Shown: piece after piece, positions 12,620 to 24,981 of the stretch
Layout of the letters: each line of letters opens with the position of its first letter
How positions within the stretch are numbered: position 1 is the stretch's first letter
Source: Zootoca vivipara
Lineage: Eukaryota
Direction: 5' to 3'
Length of the DNA stretch: 64,000 nucleotides
Assembly: GCF_963506605.1 (NCBI RefSeq)
Contig: NC_083276.1
Span: 83,390,001-83,454,000, forward strand
Program-made: the position numbers and the translations under genes
Notes under the pieces: model-generated
Database searches by the model: none
What the model was told of the DNA's origin: nothing
What the model saw: only the letters and a program-made list of their open reading frames with translations

Positions 12620-13094
12620 CAGGGCCGGATTTATCAGTAGGTTTGATGAAGTCCTAAGCTACTGAAGGTAATGGGGCCCTTTATATGTCCAGCTGTCCTT
12701 TGTCAACAACAAATTGTCACCTTTTAGTGTTGAATATATGCTATATGGTAATTTATGGACCTAATAGGGATTTGAAGGCATTTGCACATAACAAAATATG
12801 TATTCTATCAAAGTAATTGTTGAACTGAAATACAATTAAGAAGAAGTATATTAATGGTGAAATACAATTAAGAAGTATGTTAATAGTGAAATAATTACTG
12901 GTACCAGTGGAGCAGGCCAGCAGGTGGGGCCCATTACTTACATCATAGGAGCCTACACAACACAAAACACTGTTGCTGTATGTAGGTTTTATTTTATTTG
13001 TTTTTTATCTTATATTTTGGAAATGTACATCCAGGTTTTTTCCTTTAATTTTTTTCCCTTTAACTTGTTTAGCTTCAACGTAAATCCGGCACTG
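12620..13094. mobile_element. AT-rich non-autonomous hAT (Tip100-like) element at the edge of the RAB15 promoter
   Basis: TIRs CAGGGCCGGATTTA / TAAATCCGGCACTG; degenerate 8-bp TSD ATGGCAAC / ATGGCGAT. Confidence 0.7.
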
Positions 13095-13179
13095 ATGGCG
13101 ATGGAAACTTGTGATTCTGCGCCCGCTCCCGAGCTTTTCATCCCATCTTACTCGGCATACCGTATGTTCCAGGGTCACA

Positions 13180-14160
13180 ACCCGGCTTTGCCAACAGGCG
13201 CCGCAGCTTGGCCTGCTCGCCTTCATTTGAGCTGGCCGCCTTCCCTTCTTCTCCGCCCCTTCTGTTAGTTGTTAGGCACGTGGTTCAAAGCGAGCACGCC
13301 GGCTGGCTGGCGAGCGCAAATGAGCCCGAAAAGCGCCGGCCGCTGCGTCCTGACTTTGCGCGTCCGAGGAGCCCGCCTTGCGCGTCCCTGTTTCCCCTGC
13401 GCTCTCCAATAGGGAGCAGTAGGAGCACCTTTGCAGACCTCCCCGCTTGTCGCTCCGTGAGCGGGGAAGTGATTCCCTCCCCGGCGCCAGCGCCTCGGCA
13501 GCCTTCAATTTCTCCCGCTCTTCTGGAGATCCACCCCCGGCGGATCTCAGCAGCCGAGGCGTCGGCGTCGGTTCTCCCTCCTTCCCACCGTTCTTTCCTT
13601 CCTTCCACCTCGCTTCGCCCGCCGGGTCTTGCAGCTGAGGCTGCCTCTCCCCAGACGCGCACGGACGCCGCGGGCGGAGGAGAGCGCGCTTAGCTGGGAT
13701 GGCAGCGGATGCCGCGCGGGGCTGAAGCCGGAGCGGCGCCCGCCATGGCCAAGCAGTACGACGTGCTCTTTCGCCTGCTGCTCATCGGGGACTCGGGCGT
13801 GGGCAAGACCTGCTTGCTGTGCCGCTTCACCGACAACGAGTTCCACCCTTCGCACATCTCCACCATCGGTACGCCGGGGCTGGTAGGGTGGGGAAGGAAG
13901 AGAAGTCGCGGGGGGGGGGATCTGCCAGCCCGGCCTCTTCCACCGTCTCCACCGGGAGCGGGGACAAAGGCTGAGGAGGGCCGACGAGATTCGCCCTCGA
14001 ACAAGAGGAAGCCGCGGCGACTCCTTCATAGGGCATCCTCTGGGGCCCGGCTCGAGAGAGGCGGGAGACCCCGTGGGACACACTTGCGGCCTTGGGGGCT
14101 TCGCTGCTGGACTGGGGAGGAGGGGAGGGGTGGCTGAGTTGCATCGCGCGTAAAGACACT
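13180..14160 (+). promoter_or_regulatory. RAB15 CpG-island promoter and first exon region
   Basis: High GC and CpG density, GC boxes and a CCAAT near 13406, surrounding the RAB15 start codon. Confidence 0.8.
13745..13868 (+). CDS. RAB15: Ras-related protein Rab-15, coding exon 1
   Basis: gccATGG Kozak; [41 protein letters not shown] with P-loop GDSGVGKT; GT donor at 13869 (phase 1). Confidence 0.97.
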
Positions 14161-14474
14161 GCGTCTTTGGCACGGATTAACATGAGAGTGTACCTGCACA
14201 GTTGCCCATAGCAAGCCCCGAGAGGGAACCGGGGGAGCGGGCGATTCAGATCTGAGGCTCAGGCTCCCTGAAGCAAAGCTGACACCCTATACTAAGGCAG
14301 GGGTCGCTAAAAGCACCCCCTTCTCCCTGAAATCCCGCCCCCCTTTCAGTGCCTTAGCTTCCAGTTACCTGTTGTTAGATGCTGCACCAATACCGGGCCT
14401 TGGCTCCTGCGTTGCCTGTGTGTTGGGAGCCAGTTTTTGTTCAATAACCGCCCGGCTCTCCGGTCCACTGTACA

Positions 14475-14477
<3 letters not shown>

Positions 14478-14507
<30 letters not shown>
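14478..14507. repeat. (TGC)10 trinucleotide repeat in RAB15 intron 1
   Basis: Seen directly. Confidence 0.9.
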
Positions 14508-14508
<1 letters not shown>

Positions 14509-17500
14509 AAATGCAGTAATGCCAGCTCACCTCAAAGGTGAAAATAAATGTGACGTCATTGTTCGAAAATATGAGGTAGGCATAGCACCATGAGTCATAT
14601 GGAGGTGGGGGGGGCGGATGGAAGAGAGAAAGCCAGAGGGAAGGCAGACCTGCTTTGCTTTGCTTTCTGAAATCCTCAGTAGTGGCTATGCTGGTCCCAG
14701 GGAATAATGTCAGCTCCTCATGGGCTCTTAAAAAAACAGCCCTCTGATAAGTCCGACCTGAGCCTAAACCCATTACTTGGAATATGCCTGCTTCTTTGGA
14801 GCATCTGCTTTTTTGTGGGTGTTAGCAGCCACATATGTGTGCTGAGAATCTGGAAGCAGCTACTGTATGAGCCCATTCTATTTTTAGACACAGGAGTGAC
14901 TTGTGGGAGCATGCTGGTGAGCTCAGAACATAACACGCAAAGCATCCTTAAGAGAGACTAAACATTGGATGTGCCCCGTTTTTCTGAGTGATGTGCAGGG
15001 CATATCTGAAGTGGCCAAGAGCAGGTGTTTTAGCTGTTTGTAGTACCAGGCCTTTATATTTTGCATTTATATTCCACCTTTTCTCCAATGAGCTCAAGGC
15101 AGTAGAGATTTTTGGGTGGTTTCTCTTTGCTTTTGCAAGGGGGTTTAGTTGGTTGGGAAAGACATTGCCTGCTCCCCCCCCTCTCGACCCGCCCTCATTT
15201 TATTTATTGGGAGTGTAGGTGTTTGGCCAGTTGAGGGGCAGTTCTGAGCATCACCAGTTTTTCTTCTGTGAAATGGGTACTTTATGGTGCGTTTGACAGT
15301 TTCTTAGATTTCCAGAATACACCCTGGCGCCCCACAAGGTTGGGGACCCCTGCCACAACAGCTGCACCACACTAGCTCCAATGGCTTGCCTTCACTGTGG
15401 GATGCAGTGTGCCTCTGGATACCAGTTGCCAGAAACTGCAGGTGCAAATGCTCTTGCACCCGGGTCCTGCTTGTTGGCTTCCTATGGTGATCTGGTTGTC
15501 CACTGTGAAAACAGAGTGCTGGACTAAATGGGCCTTGGCCTGATCCAGCAGAGCTCTTCTTCTGTTAGCTCTCTTGGTCATGAAACACATTAAATAAAAA
15601 AAAGGGACCGTTTAAAACATGAATGGAGGTTCCCAGAGCATGACCTCAGTCAGGCCCCACAGTTCTGAAATTAGGCACAAAGCTTTCATCTCAGAAGGTG
15701 TGACTACTAGCATGCCTTTCATTTTAAGAAATGTAGCGAACGTCCAAAAATAACTTGCAGATTGTGCAGGATTTTTTGGGTGGTGGTGAGATAATGAAGT
15801 GTTGCTTGAAATGTGGTAAAAGAAGGCTGTGGCTGAGCTTCCCCACCTGCCTCTGACTTTGCCTGCCGAGGGCAACATGTTGATGTTTTCCTGTTGAAAC
15901 CATTCGTTTCTACCATTTTGCTAGCCATGCATAACCTATAGCAGGGGTTGGGAACATTTTTTTTTCAGTCCAAGGGCCACATTCCCTTCTGGGCAACTGT
16001 CCAGGCGACACATGGCAGTGGGTGGGGCCAAGGTGGGTGGAGCAACGAATGCAAATTTTACATCTATACAATAAGTTAGTTTGTCACACTCATGCACACA
16101 CTTCTCTATCCTCCATCCAGGCAAGCAAAAGGCAATGCAGGTTTTCAAGGACACATTCCAGGCAGTCAAAAGTATTCAAGGAAAGTGTGAAGCTGGGAGG
16201 GTTAGGGGTGTGGCCTGGGGAGAGATGGTGCCATATAGAGAGGTGTGATTGGCTGCATTTGACCTCTGGGCCTGAAACTCCCCAGCTATGGCTTGATTCC
16301 TCAGGCTTGCATTCAGCGGCTGGCAGCTTGAGAAGAAAGCTGCTTTGGGGCATGTCCATATTGACACTGCTCCATCTGAAAGAGCTCTGTAGCCCTAATC
16401 AGGCACAGGACTTGCAAGTAAGGCCAACACACATGTGGGGGGTTGGGCATTAGTGCTATTAGTGGAGTGTATTGAAGCTGTTATTTTCAGATTTGAGTAT
16501 TTGCAAACTTATGATGGAATCCATCTGGAAAGTGAGAAGTTCCCAACTTCCTCCGTCATCCCATTTGTTTGGGACTGATGGGTGTTGAAGTTCAGTAGCA
16601 TTGGGGTGGAGGTTCATTTGCTCTAGAGAGTGGTCTAATTTAGCAAGTTTATATTTCTTATATTTAGTAAACCAACCTAAAATCATTGACACTGCCAAGC
16701 TTGCATAATATTTGTTTGCAGTTGGCACCCATTGTTACTAGCAAACTTATGCAAAGGAAAATTGTCCATACAGAAATAAAGCTGTGATTTTCAAAAGCTT
16801 TCTTGGAACTTCTGGTACTAAGAAAGCAAGGTTTTCTGCTTAGCCCCATGATTTCTTGTAAATCATGCTTTTCCAAATTTCACCCGATTCATCACTCGTG
16901 ATATGTATTTGCATCCATATGCTACAGAGTCTCTCCTCTCTTCTACCCCTCCAGTTGTTTAATATCCTCCAATAAGTCACTGATTCTTCCAGTAACTTAT
17001 CTGGCCAGTGAACAGGCTTTAAGCTTTATTACAATTTGTAGAATCTGAGGGTCACCAACTGAAGCCAAGTGTAAAATAGTGCTTCAGGAAGGCAGACACA
17101 CATTAAGAATCAAGCACATATTCAGTCCAGGGCAAAAATCCATTCCTGGTTTCTCCACAAGGTTTCTTTGTTCAAGCCCTTTAATTTAGTGAGGGAAGCC
17201 TTTTAGTTGTTGCTATCATCAAACAATTGAGAAACACTTATGATCTACTGCAAAACACCCAGAGATCTACCAAGTAGATCGTGGCCTACCTTCTGGCTAA
17301 TGCTGCTGCCTTCCAATGTACCAAGGGAACAATGGTAGTAAACAAAGAATGGCTGAGCCACTTCCACTTCCAGTGTGTGCCCTAACTACCCCATTTGTAG
17401 GCTTGTAGCAAAATATACTACTCACAATGGTGGTTACACAAGGAGATTACCTCCTTTTAGCAGGGGTGGATCCACCAGATATTTGTAGGACGCCAACTCC

Positions 17501-17728
17501 CATCAGTCCCAGCCAACATGGCCAATGGTAAGGAATGATAGGAGTTGTAGTCCATCAACATCTGGAGGACCACAGGCCCCCACTCTGCTTTATAGGGGGA
17601 AAATCAGGTATTAAATGGTCTTCATTCAGGTGAGTATGCAGTGAAGACTATCACTAGGTTGGGTTTTCAGCCCCCACTTCCCTATTCTCCTGAGATGGGA
17701 CATTAGGAAGGTTGTGGAAGAGTGGAGT

Positions 17729-18246
17729 TATAATAATAATAATAATAATAATTTATTATTTATACCCCGCCCATCTGGCCGGGTTCCCCCAGCCACTCTG
17801 GGCGGCTTCCAAAAAAAAAACAGAAATTCTAAAATACAGAAATCCATCAAACATTAAAAGCTTCCCTAAACAGGGCTGCCTTGAGATGCCTTCTAAAGGT
17901 CTGGTAATTGTTCTCTTTGACCTCTAGTGGGAGGGCATTCCACAGGGTGGGTGCCACTACCGAGAAGGCCCTCTGCCTGGTTCCCTGTAACTTGGCTTCT
18001 CGTAATGAGGGAACCGCCAGAAGGCCCTCGGAGCTGGACCTCAGTGTCCGGGCAGAACGATGGGGGTGGAGACGCTCCTTCAGGTATACCGGACCGAGGC
18101 CGTTTAGGGCTTTAAAGGTCAACACCAACACTTTGAATTGTGCTCGGAAACGTACTGGGAGCCAATGTAGGTCTTTTAGGACCGGTGTTATGTGATCTCG
18201 GCGGCCGCTCCCAGTCACCAGTCTAGCTGCCGCATTCTGGATTAGT
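17729..18246 (-). mobile_element. L2 LINE 3' fragment
   Basis: ORF 17847-18218 (HITPVLKDLHWLPV...RAFSVVAPTLWNALP) is a typical L2 ORF2 C-terminus, followed by a 3'UTR and (TAA)n tail. Confidence 0.9.
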
Positions 18247-20485
18247 TAACAGAAGTGCCACCTCTCTTGAACAGCTTCTTCTTCGTGTGACCTGCTGCAT
18301 AGATCTGCTTGAACGTAAACCCACTCAGGTTGACCATAGCCGGTTTTAGCCAGGTAGCTTGTATGTATGAATAGCTATGTAATGGGATATGTTCCTCCTA
18401 GAGTTTATATTTTCTCCAGCAGTGGACCATTTCCAAAACGGTCCTGTTCTCCCACACGGTGACGCAAGCACACAGTCCTCATCTGCGTTAAGTTAATGAA
18501 GTTCTCATTGTGACCACAGAGCGAGTAGAAAATGCCTTGCGGAGTACAAAGGATCACTTTCAACTTGTTCCTGCTTGGTGAATCGTGCACGATATGTGAG
18601 TCACCCTCAGAAAGCTACACAATTTTCTGAGGAGAAAATAAACTTAATCTTGGATCAGGGAGCTTTTTGTGCAGGATGCAAGGCTTTGTTTTGCTGGATC
18701 AGGCCAAGTGTCCATCTAGTTCAGCAATCTGTCTCCCAACAGAAGCTAGCTGGGTTCCTGGAGGAAATTCATAAGCAAGGCATGACGGTCACCATCCCTT
18801 TTGGTTTGCAATCAGTTTCTGATAATTGGAACTATACTGCCTCTTAACCTTTATTTCTCATAGTTAACAACCACTGGTAGATGTAGGAACCTGTCTCACA
18901 CCAAGGCGGACCACTGGTCCACCTACCTTGGTCTTGCCTTCTCTACCCTGATAGGCAGCACCTTTCCAGGCTGGGGACCTGGGGCCTTTTCCATGCAAAG
19001 CACCTGCTTTCCCACTGCCTGTTTTGTAGCCTCTAACCTGCCCAATCATGGATCTAAAAACTGTTGTCTTATGGATTCACTTCTGGGTTTGATTGCCACA
19101 GTTTCGTAAGCTATGGCTGACATGAGGAAGGCCTCATGCAAGGCTTATAAAGCTGGTACACTCAAGCAGCTCTACCCTGCCCTGCAACAAGAAGAAGGGC
19201 AAACTCAGAAGAGAAATACTGCAAGGCAGCAGGTAGGTGCTGCTTGGTTTGCGTATAAGCGTTACTGCTGAGGTGTCTTGTCAGCCAAGCTTTATCGCGC
19301 TGTGGCACACCACCTTGGAAAGACAGGTTGCGTAGGAAGCTGTGTGCCGCTTTGGTGGCATTTATCTTGCAGTCCCCCGTGTTGCTGAAAGGTACCTGCT
19401 TCTTCAGCGGTGTGGGCAAGCAGCTGCAGTAGAAGCTTCAAAGAAACACAGAGTCTTTGGTCTTTTCTGCTTTTGCTGGCTCTCCTGCAGAGAACTGGGG
19501 AGTTGGGCTGTTGTTCTTATATGAGGAGAACAGGCTTCAAAAGAATCTAGACCGGATCACAGATAAGTTGAAGCTGCACAGCCTACCAAGGTCAGATCTC
19601 CCTCTGACAAAATTAAGGTGAATTCACTAGTACTTTCCCATGGTTCCTTTCATGGTATGTTCCCTACTCCAGTAAGATTTTCTTGTCCTGTTTTTATACT
19701 ATTTAATCTCTCTCTTTCTCTCTCCACACACACACACACACCATGGCTGAGCATGCAAAGGCAACGTATGTTAGATCGTATAGTAAACTATTCCTTTATG
19801 ACCCACATTGGCCTAGACCAGAGGTGGACAGCCAGCATCCCTCCATTTGTTGTTGGACTCCCAACTGTCATCAACCCCACCAATGGCCAGGCCCAGCTCT
19901 GGGATGGAAATAGCCTTGGTCACCCTGGTGGATGATGTGCTCTGGAGGAAGGATAGAAGGAGTGCTACCCTGTTAGTATTGAAAGCCACTGAGAAGTCCA
20001 GGAAATCTGTCAACCATAATATCCTTCTGGGTCAACTATTGGGTATTGGACTTAGTGGACACTTTTTTACATTTGTTCTTGTTGTTCCATGATGGAAGTT
20101 CTTGGGTGATAATGTTGGGCAAGTCTTGCCCTGTGCCCTATGACTTTCAGGGTGCCCCAGGGCTCTGTTTTGTCTTCCGTGCATTTTAAGAGCTGCATGA
20201 AGCTACTGGGGGAAGTCATCCAAAGGTTGATGACATGGAACTCTATGTCTTTCTTTTCCATCTTCTGATATCAGGTTTTAGAAACTCTAAACTGGTGCCT
20301 TGAGGCCATTCTGAGATGGATGAGAGCGAACAAGCAGAGGTTAAATCCAGGCAAGGTGGAGGTGCTGTGAGCTGGGATATCTGCCAGATGAGGTTCCACT
20401 TCCCCTAAAAAACCCAAGTCTGCATTGCAAATGCTGCTGGCTTGGGTGCTGAATAGTGAAGCCCAAGTAGTGTCGGTAGCTAGGG

Positions 20486-20617
20486 TAAGGTTACCAGATG
20501 TCCCCGTTTCTGGGGACAGTCCCCAGATTTACAAATCAGTCCCCTGACAAAATCCATCTATTTAGTAGGAAGTTGAAAAGTGTCCCCGGATTCATTGGAA
20601 AAAATCTGGTAACCTTA
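20486..20617. mobile_element. hAT MITE nested in L2
   Basis: TIRs TAAGGTTACCAGAT / ATCTGGTAACCTTA; exact TSD AGCTAGGG (20478-20485, 20618-20625). Confidence 0.85.
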
Positions 20618-20701
20618 AGCTAGGGGTGTGTTTCATCCATTTCAGCTGGTATGCCAATGGTGACCATTTCTGCACAGGACAAAATTTGCCGCAGTGATCT
20701 A

Positions 20702-20860
20702 TCCTGTTTCTCCAAAAAATAAGACGTAGCCATAAAATAAGCCGTAGCAGGATTTTTAAGCATTCAAAGAATATAAGCCATACCCCGAAAATAAGACATA
20801 GTGTGTTCTTTTGAGAAAAAATAAATATAAGATGGTGTCTTATTTTTGGAGAAACACAGG
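20702..20860. mobile_element. Tc1/mariner (Tigger-like) MITE nested in L2
   Basis: TIRs TGTTTCTCCAAAAA(A)TAAGAC / GTCTTATTTTTGGAGAAACA; flanking TA dinucleotides. Confidence 0.75.
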
Positions 20861-20923
20861 TATTTCCAGACTAGACACAGATAAGGCACTCTGCACGGGG
20901 CTGCCTTTAAATAGTGTCTAGAA

Positions 20924-21059
20924 CAGGCATCTCCAAACTGCGGCCCTCCAGATGTTTTGGCCTACAACTCCCATGATCCCTAGCTAACAGGACCAGTGGT
21001 CGGGGAAGATGGGAATTGTAGTCCAAAACATCTGGAGGGCTGAAGTCTGGGGATGCCTG
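20924..21059. mobile_element. Palindromic hAT (Charlie-like) MITE
   Basis: CAGGCATCTCCAAACT...AGTCTGGGGATGCCTG with a CCTCCAGATGTTTTGG-CTACAA fold-back core. Confidence 0.85.
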
Positions 21060-21899
21060 CTCTAAAAGGTTTAGGCTATGAGCTGTCTGGCAGCACCTGT
21101 GATATCTTGCCCACACACTGAGACCTCAACCAGAGGCCTGCTTGGTGTGTTCACCCCGTAGTTCTGTGAGATTGGTGACCATCAGAGTGAGAGCACTAGC
21201 TTGAGTTGATTAAAATGAGCTCTTCCTAGCTACTGACTCAACTGCTGTAGTGTTACGGAGTTTGTATGAATATGTCAACTGCTCAGAAGTTCAGAAGCGC
21301 TGTATAGCAAGGCCAGAGACAGGTTGGGCTGCTGGTGAGGAGTTCAGCAGAGAAGGGAGGATCCAGCTCCTTAACAATGGTGATGTACTATTAGATTGTG
21401 TGTGTGTGTGAGAGAGAGAATATGTTGTTTGCTTATTCACATAGTTGGGTGGTTGTGCAGTAGATTGAAGAGGAGATAGATATTGGGGAAGAAATTCAAT
21501 GTAGCACCATGACATTTGTTCCATCAGTGCAAGCATTTCAACTTGCAGCCAATTTTTGGATGGGGAGAAGAAGTGTTGCGCTAGTGGAAGGACTTGCACA
21601 ATCTTCTGCTAGCAGGACTCCCAAGGAACAGGGCTGTCTTAAGTATATCTAGCACCGTGGTGCGACGGATCCCTCTGCCCCCCCCCCCGTTTCCGCCCCC
21701 CCTGGCGGCCCGGCGCCACCCAGCCTGGCCGTAGGGCCGGCCCTGCCAAGGAACATGCTGCACATGAGAAACGCGTACATGGATATTTGTGGGTCTATAT
21801 ATATATGTTCTAAACATCACATTATCTAATAGCACTCAGCAGAATCTACTGGGTAGGGATGGCGTTGCCCTTCTAATCTTTTGCTTTTGTTATTCACAG

Positions 21900-21960
21900 G
21901 AGTCGATTTTAAAATGAAGACTATAGAAGTAGATGGCATTAAGGTCCGAATACAGATCTG
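21900..21960 (+). CDS. RAB15: RAB15 coding exon 2
   Basis: cag|(G)VDFKMKTIEVDGIKVRIQI(W)|gtaagt; 61 nt. Confidence 0.97.
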
Positions 21961-22574
21961 GTAAGTGATTTTAGCTATTGCAATATAGATCTTCGGACAG
22001 AGAGCTGAACTCTGGATCTGGGAGACCAGATACTGTAAGAGTTCCTTGTTGTGAATACATTGTGAGAACTTTGGCGAATTGCCCATTCTCAGCCTCAGTT
22101 CTTTTATCTGTAAAATGGGAATGGCAAGTAACTCAGCCATAAAGTGAATGGCAAGATTGCCATAAAGTGAAGCATGCAGAGACACTATAAAGCACTCTCC
22201 AAATGAAGTGCTTGGTAAATTATCAAAAGTAGCAGGGAATCAATAAGTGGTTATTGAACATCATCTGCAAAGAGGTCCAGTAGGACTGAGAGGGAGAGGC
22301 CATTTGGGTTCCTGGGCAGTAATGTAACAAGCTGTTATATACCATGTGTGTAGTGTAGCCTTCCTGTGGTTGCCTGAATAGGGACTGGGGCTGTTTTTCA
22401 GGGTGTGGATTAAAGCTCCAGGCCATTTCAAACTATTATTGTTATTTAGAAAAACATGCTTCTCTCTTTTAGGTAGTGTTAGTACCTACCCAGCACCACT
22501 GGTGCTTTATTCTGTTTTCATGCAATAGGAGTGGCTTTGACCCAATAAGTTTTCCACTTTATTGTGTTGGTTTC

Positions 22575-24981
22575 TAATAATAATAATAATAATAATAATT
22601 TTTATTTATACCCCGCCCTTCCCAGTCAAGACCGGGCTCAGGGCGGCTAACAACAAATAATATCAACACAAATATAAAAGAAACAATTCAGTTAAAACAA
22701 CAGAATAATACAATGTTAAAATTCAATTTTAAAATTAAAAATCTACGAATAAGATAAAACCATTATAGATAAAACCTTAGGGGAGGGTAACCGTGGGGTC
22801 AGACTGCGTCAGTCCGAAGGCCAAACAAAACAGCTCTGTCTTGCAGGCCCTACGAAAAGATGGGACAGAGCGTTCCACCAGGTCGGGGCCAGTACTGAGA
22901 AGGCCCTGGTCCTGGTCGAGGCCAGCCTAGCCACCTTGTGACTCGGGATCTCCAATATGTTATTATTTGTGGACCGCAATGTCCTCTGTGGGTCATACCG
23001 GGAGAGGCGGTCCCGTAGGTACGAGGGTCCTAAGCCGCATAAGGCTTTAAAGGTCAAAACCAGCACCTTGAACCTGATCCTGTACTCCACCGGGAGCCAG
23101 TGCAGTTGGTAAAGCACTGGATGAATATGATCCCGCAGCCGGGACCCCGTAAGGAGCCTCGCCGCGGCATTCTGCACCCGCTGGAGTTTCTGGGTCAGTT
23201 TCAAGGGCAGCCCCGCGTAGAGCGAATTACAATAATCAAGCCTAGAGGTGACCATCGCATGGATCACTGTGGCTAGATCAGGTTGAGAGAGATAGGGGAC
23301 CAACTGCTTAATGCGGCGGAGATGGAAAAAATGCCACCTTGGCTGTGGTTGCAACCTGTGCCTCCATGGAAAGGGAGGCATCCAAGGTTACCCCCAAGCT
23401 CTTGACAGAAGGGGCTGACACTAATTGGGCCCCAGCGAAAGATGGAAGTTGGCCCCCCCGCCCCATGTCATCCCGACCCAGCCAGAGGACCTCTGTCTTC
23501 GAAGGATTTAGCTTCAGCCGACTCCCACGTAGCCATCCAGCCACAGCTTCCAGGCACTTGGTCAATGTGTCCGGGGCCGAGGCAGGACGGTCATCCATCA
23601 ACAGATAAATCTGGGTGTCATCAGCATATTGATGACAACCCAGTCCAAAACTCCGGACAATCTGGGCAAGGGGGCGCATGAAGATATTAAAAAGCATTGG
23701 GGAAAGGATTGCACCTTGCGGGACTCCACACACCAAGGAGTGCCGCGGTGACAACCCCCTCCCTAGCGCCACCCTCTGTCCCCGACCTGAGATAAAGGAA
23801 CGCAGCCATTGTTGGACTGTACCCTGAATCCCCACGTCGGCAAGGCGGTGGTCTAAAAGCTCATAATCGACCATGTCGAAGGCGGCTGACAGATCTAGAA
23901 GAATCAGCAGCCCCGACCCGCCTTGATCCAGCTGTTTACAGAGGTCAAAATTGGCAGAAAGGTCACGGCGAAGTGTCAAAGTGTCAAGACTTTCTCCGCA
24001 AAAAAGCTCGCAAATGCCTCACAGCTATGGGTCGAATTTGTGCTTAAATTTGACTGATCCTCAAGGGTTGTTAGAGACCTGATTGTTCGAAAAAGTTGTG
24101 CCGGGCGAGAGCTAGCGGATGCGATGGAAGCTGAGAAGTAAGACTTCTTTGTGGCTTTCACCGCCATCTCGTAGGTTTTCATAAGCGACCTATAAGATGT
24201 TCTTGAGGCTCCGTCGCGAGTATGCCGCCATACTCGCTCAAGCCGTCTGAGGTCCCGCTTCATTTTCCGAAGTTCCTCGGTGAACCAAGGGGCCCGGTTT
24301 CGGCGGGGTTGCAGAGGGCGCTTAGGTGCGATCTCATCAATGGCCGCCAAGAGCCGGTTATTCCAGTTCTCGACCAGCTCATTTAACGAGCCACCAGGGG
24401 GAGCAGGGTCCCGTAAAGCCTGACGGAATCTATCAGGATCCATCAGCCTTCGCGGACGAGCCCAAATCGGCTCACCACCCAAGCGGGGCAGAGGCGGTAA
24501 GTCAATCCTGGCTTTCAGAGCGTAGTGATCAGACCATGGCACTTCCATAATTGGGGACATGATCACATCTATACCTGCACCAAAAATCAAATCCAGCGTG
24601 TGGCCTGCTTGGTGTGTGGGACCCAAAACAAACTGGGAGAGCCCTAATGTCGCCATGGAAGACACCAGGTCCGGAACCCGTGAGGAGGGGGTGGCATCGG
24701 CATGGATGTTGAAGTCCCCCAAAACCAATAAGTTAGGGAACTCCAAGGCCCAGCCGGCCACCACCTCCAACAGGTCCGACAGGGTGGCTGCTGGTGCGCT
24801 GGGTGGTCGGTACACCAGCCAGACAGCCAAGCCCTCCTTGGTGCCCCACACTAGGCCAACACATTCAATGCCGGTGATTGATGGTGATGGCAGAGCCCTG
24901 AAAGAGCAATCCTCCCGGATTAACAACGCCACCCCTCCCCCCCGACCCACAGTCCGTGACTGGTGGAGGACTGGTGGAGGA
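22575..24981 (-). mobile_element. L2 LINE, 5'-truncated, with broken ORF2 (APE endonuclease + RT), antisense in RAB15 intron 2
   Basis: APE motifs GGGVALL, VYRPP, LGDFNIH, GHTLDL, SDH (23976-24950); RT motifs LDLSAAFD, GVPQG, YADD (23308-23979); C-terminal LHWLPV (22809-23381); frameshifts between the pieces; (TTA)n tail. Confidence 0.93.

Larger units (their letters stand above)
19850..21150 (+). mobile_element. Old degenerate L2 LINE carrying nested MITEs
   Basis: Decayed RT motifs (ALVTLVDD, GVPQGSVL, LNPGKVE, GLPL) with stops and frameshifts; boundaries approximate. Confidence 0.65.

Noticed and set aside
13208-14214. Multiple long ORFs around RAB15 exon 1
   Set aside because: CpG-island artefacts; only 13745-13868 (and possibly the 13709 extension) is supported.
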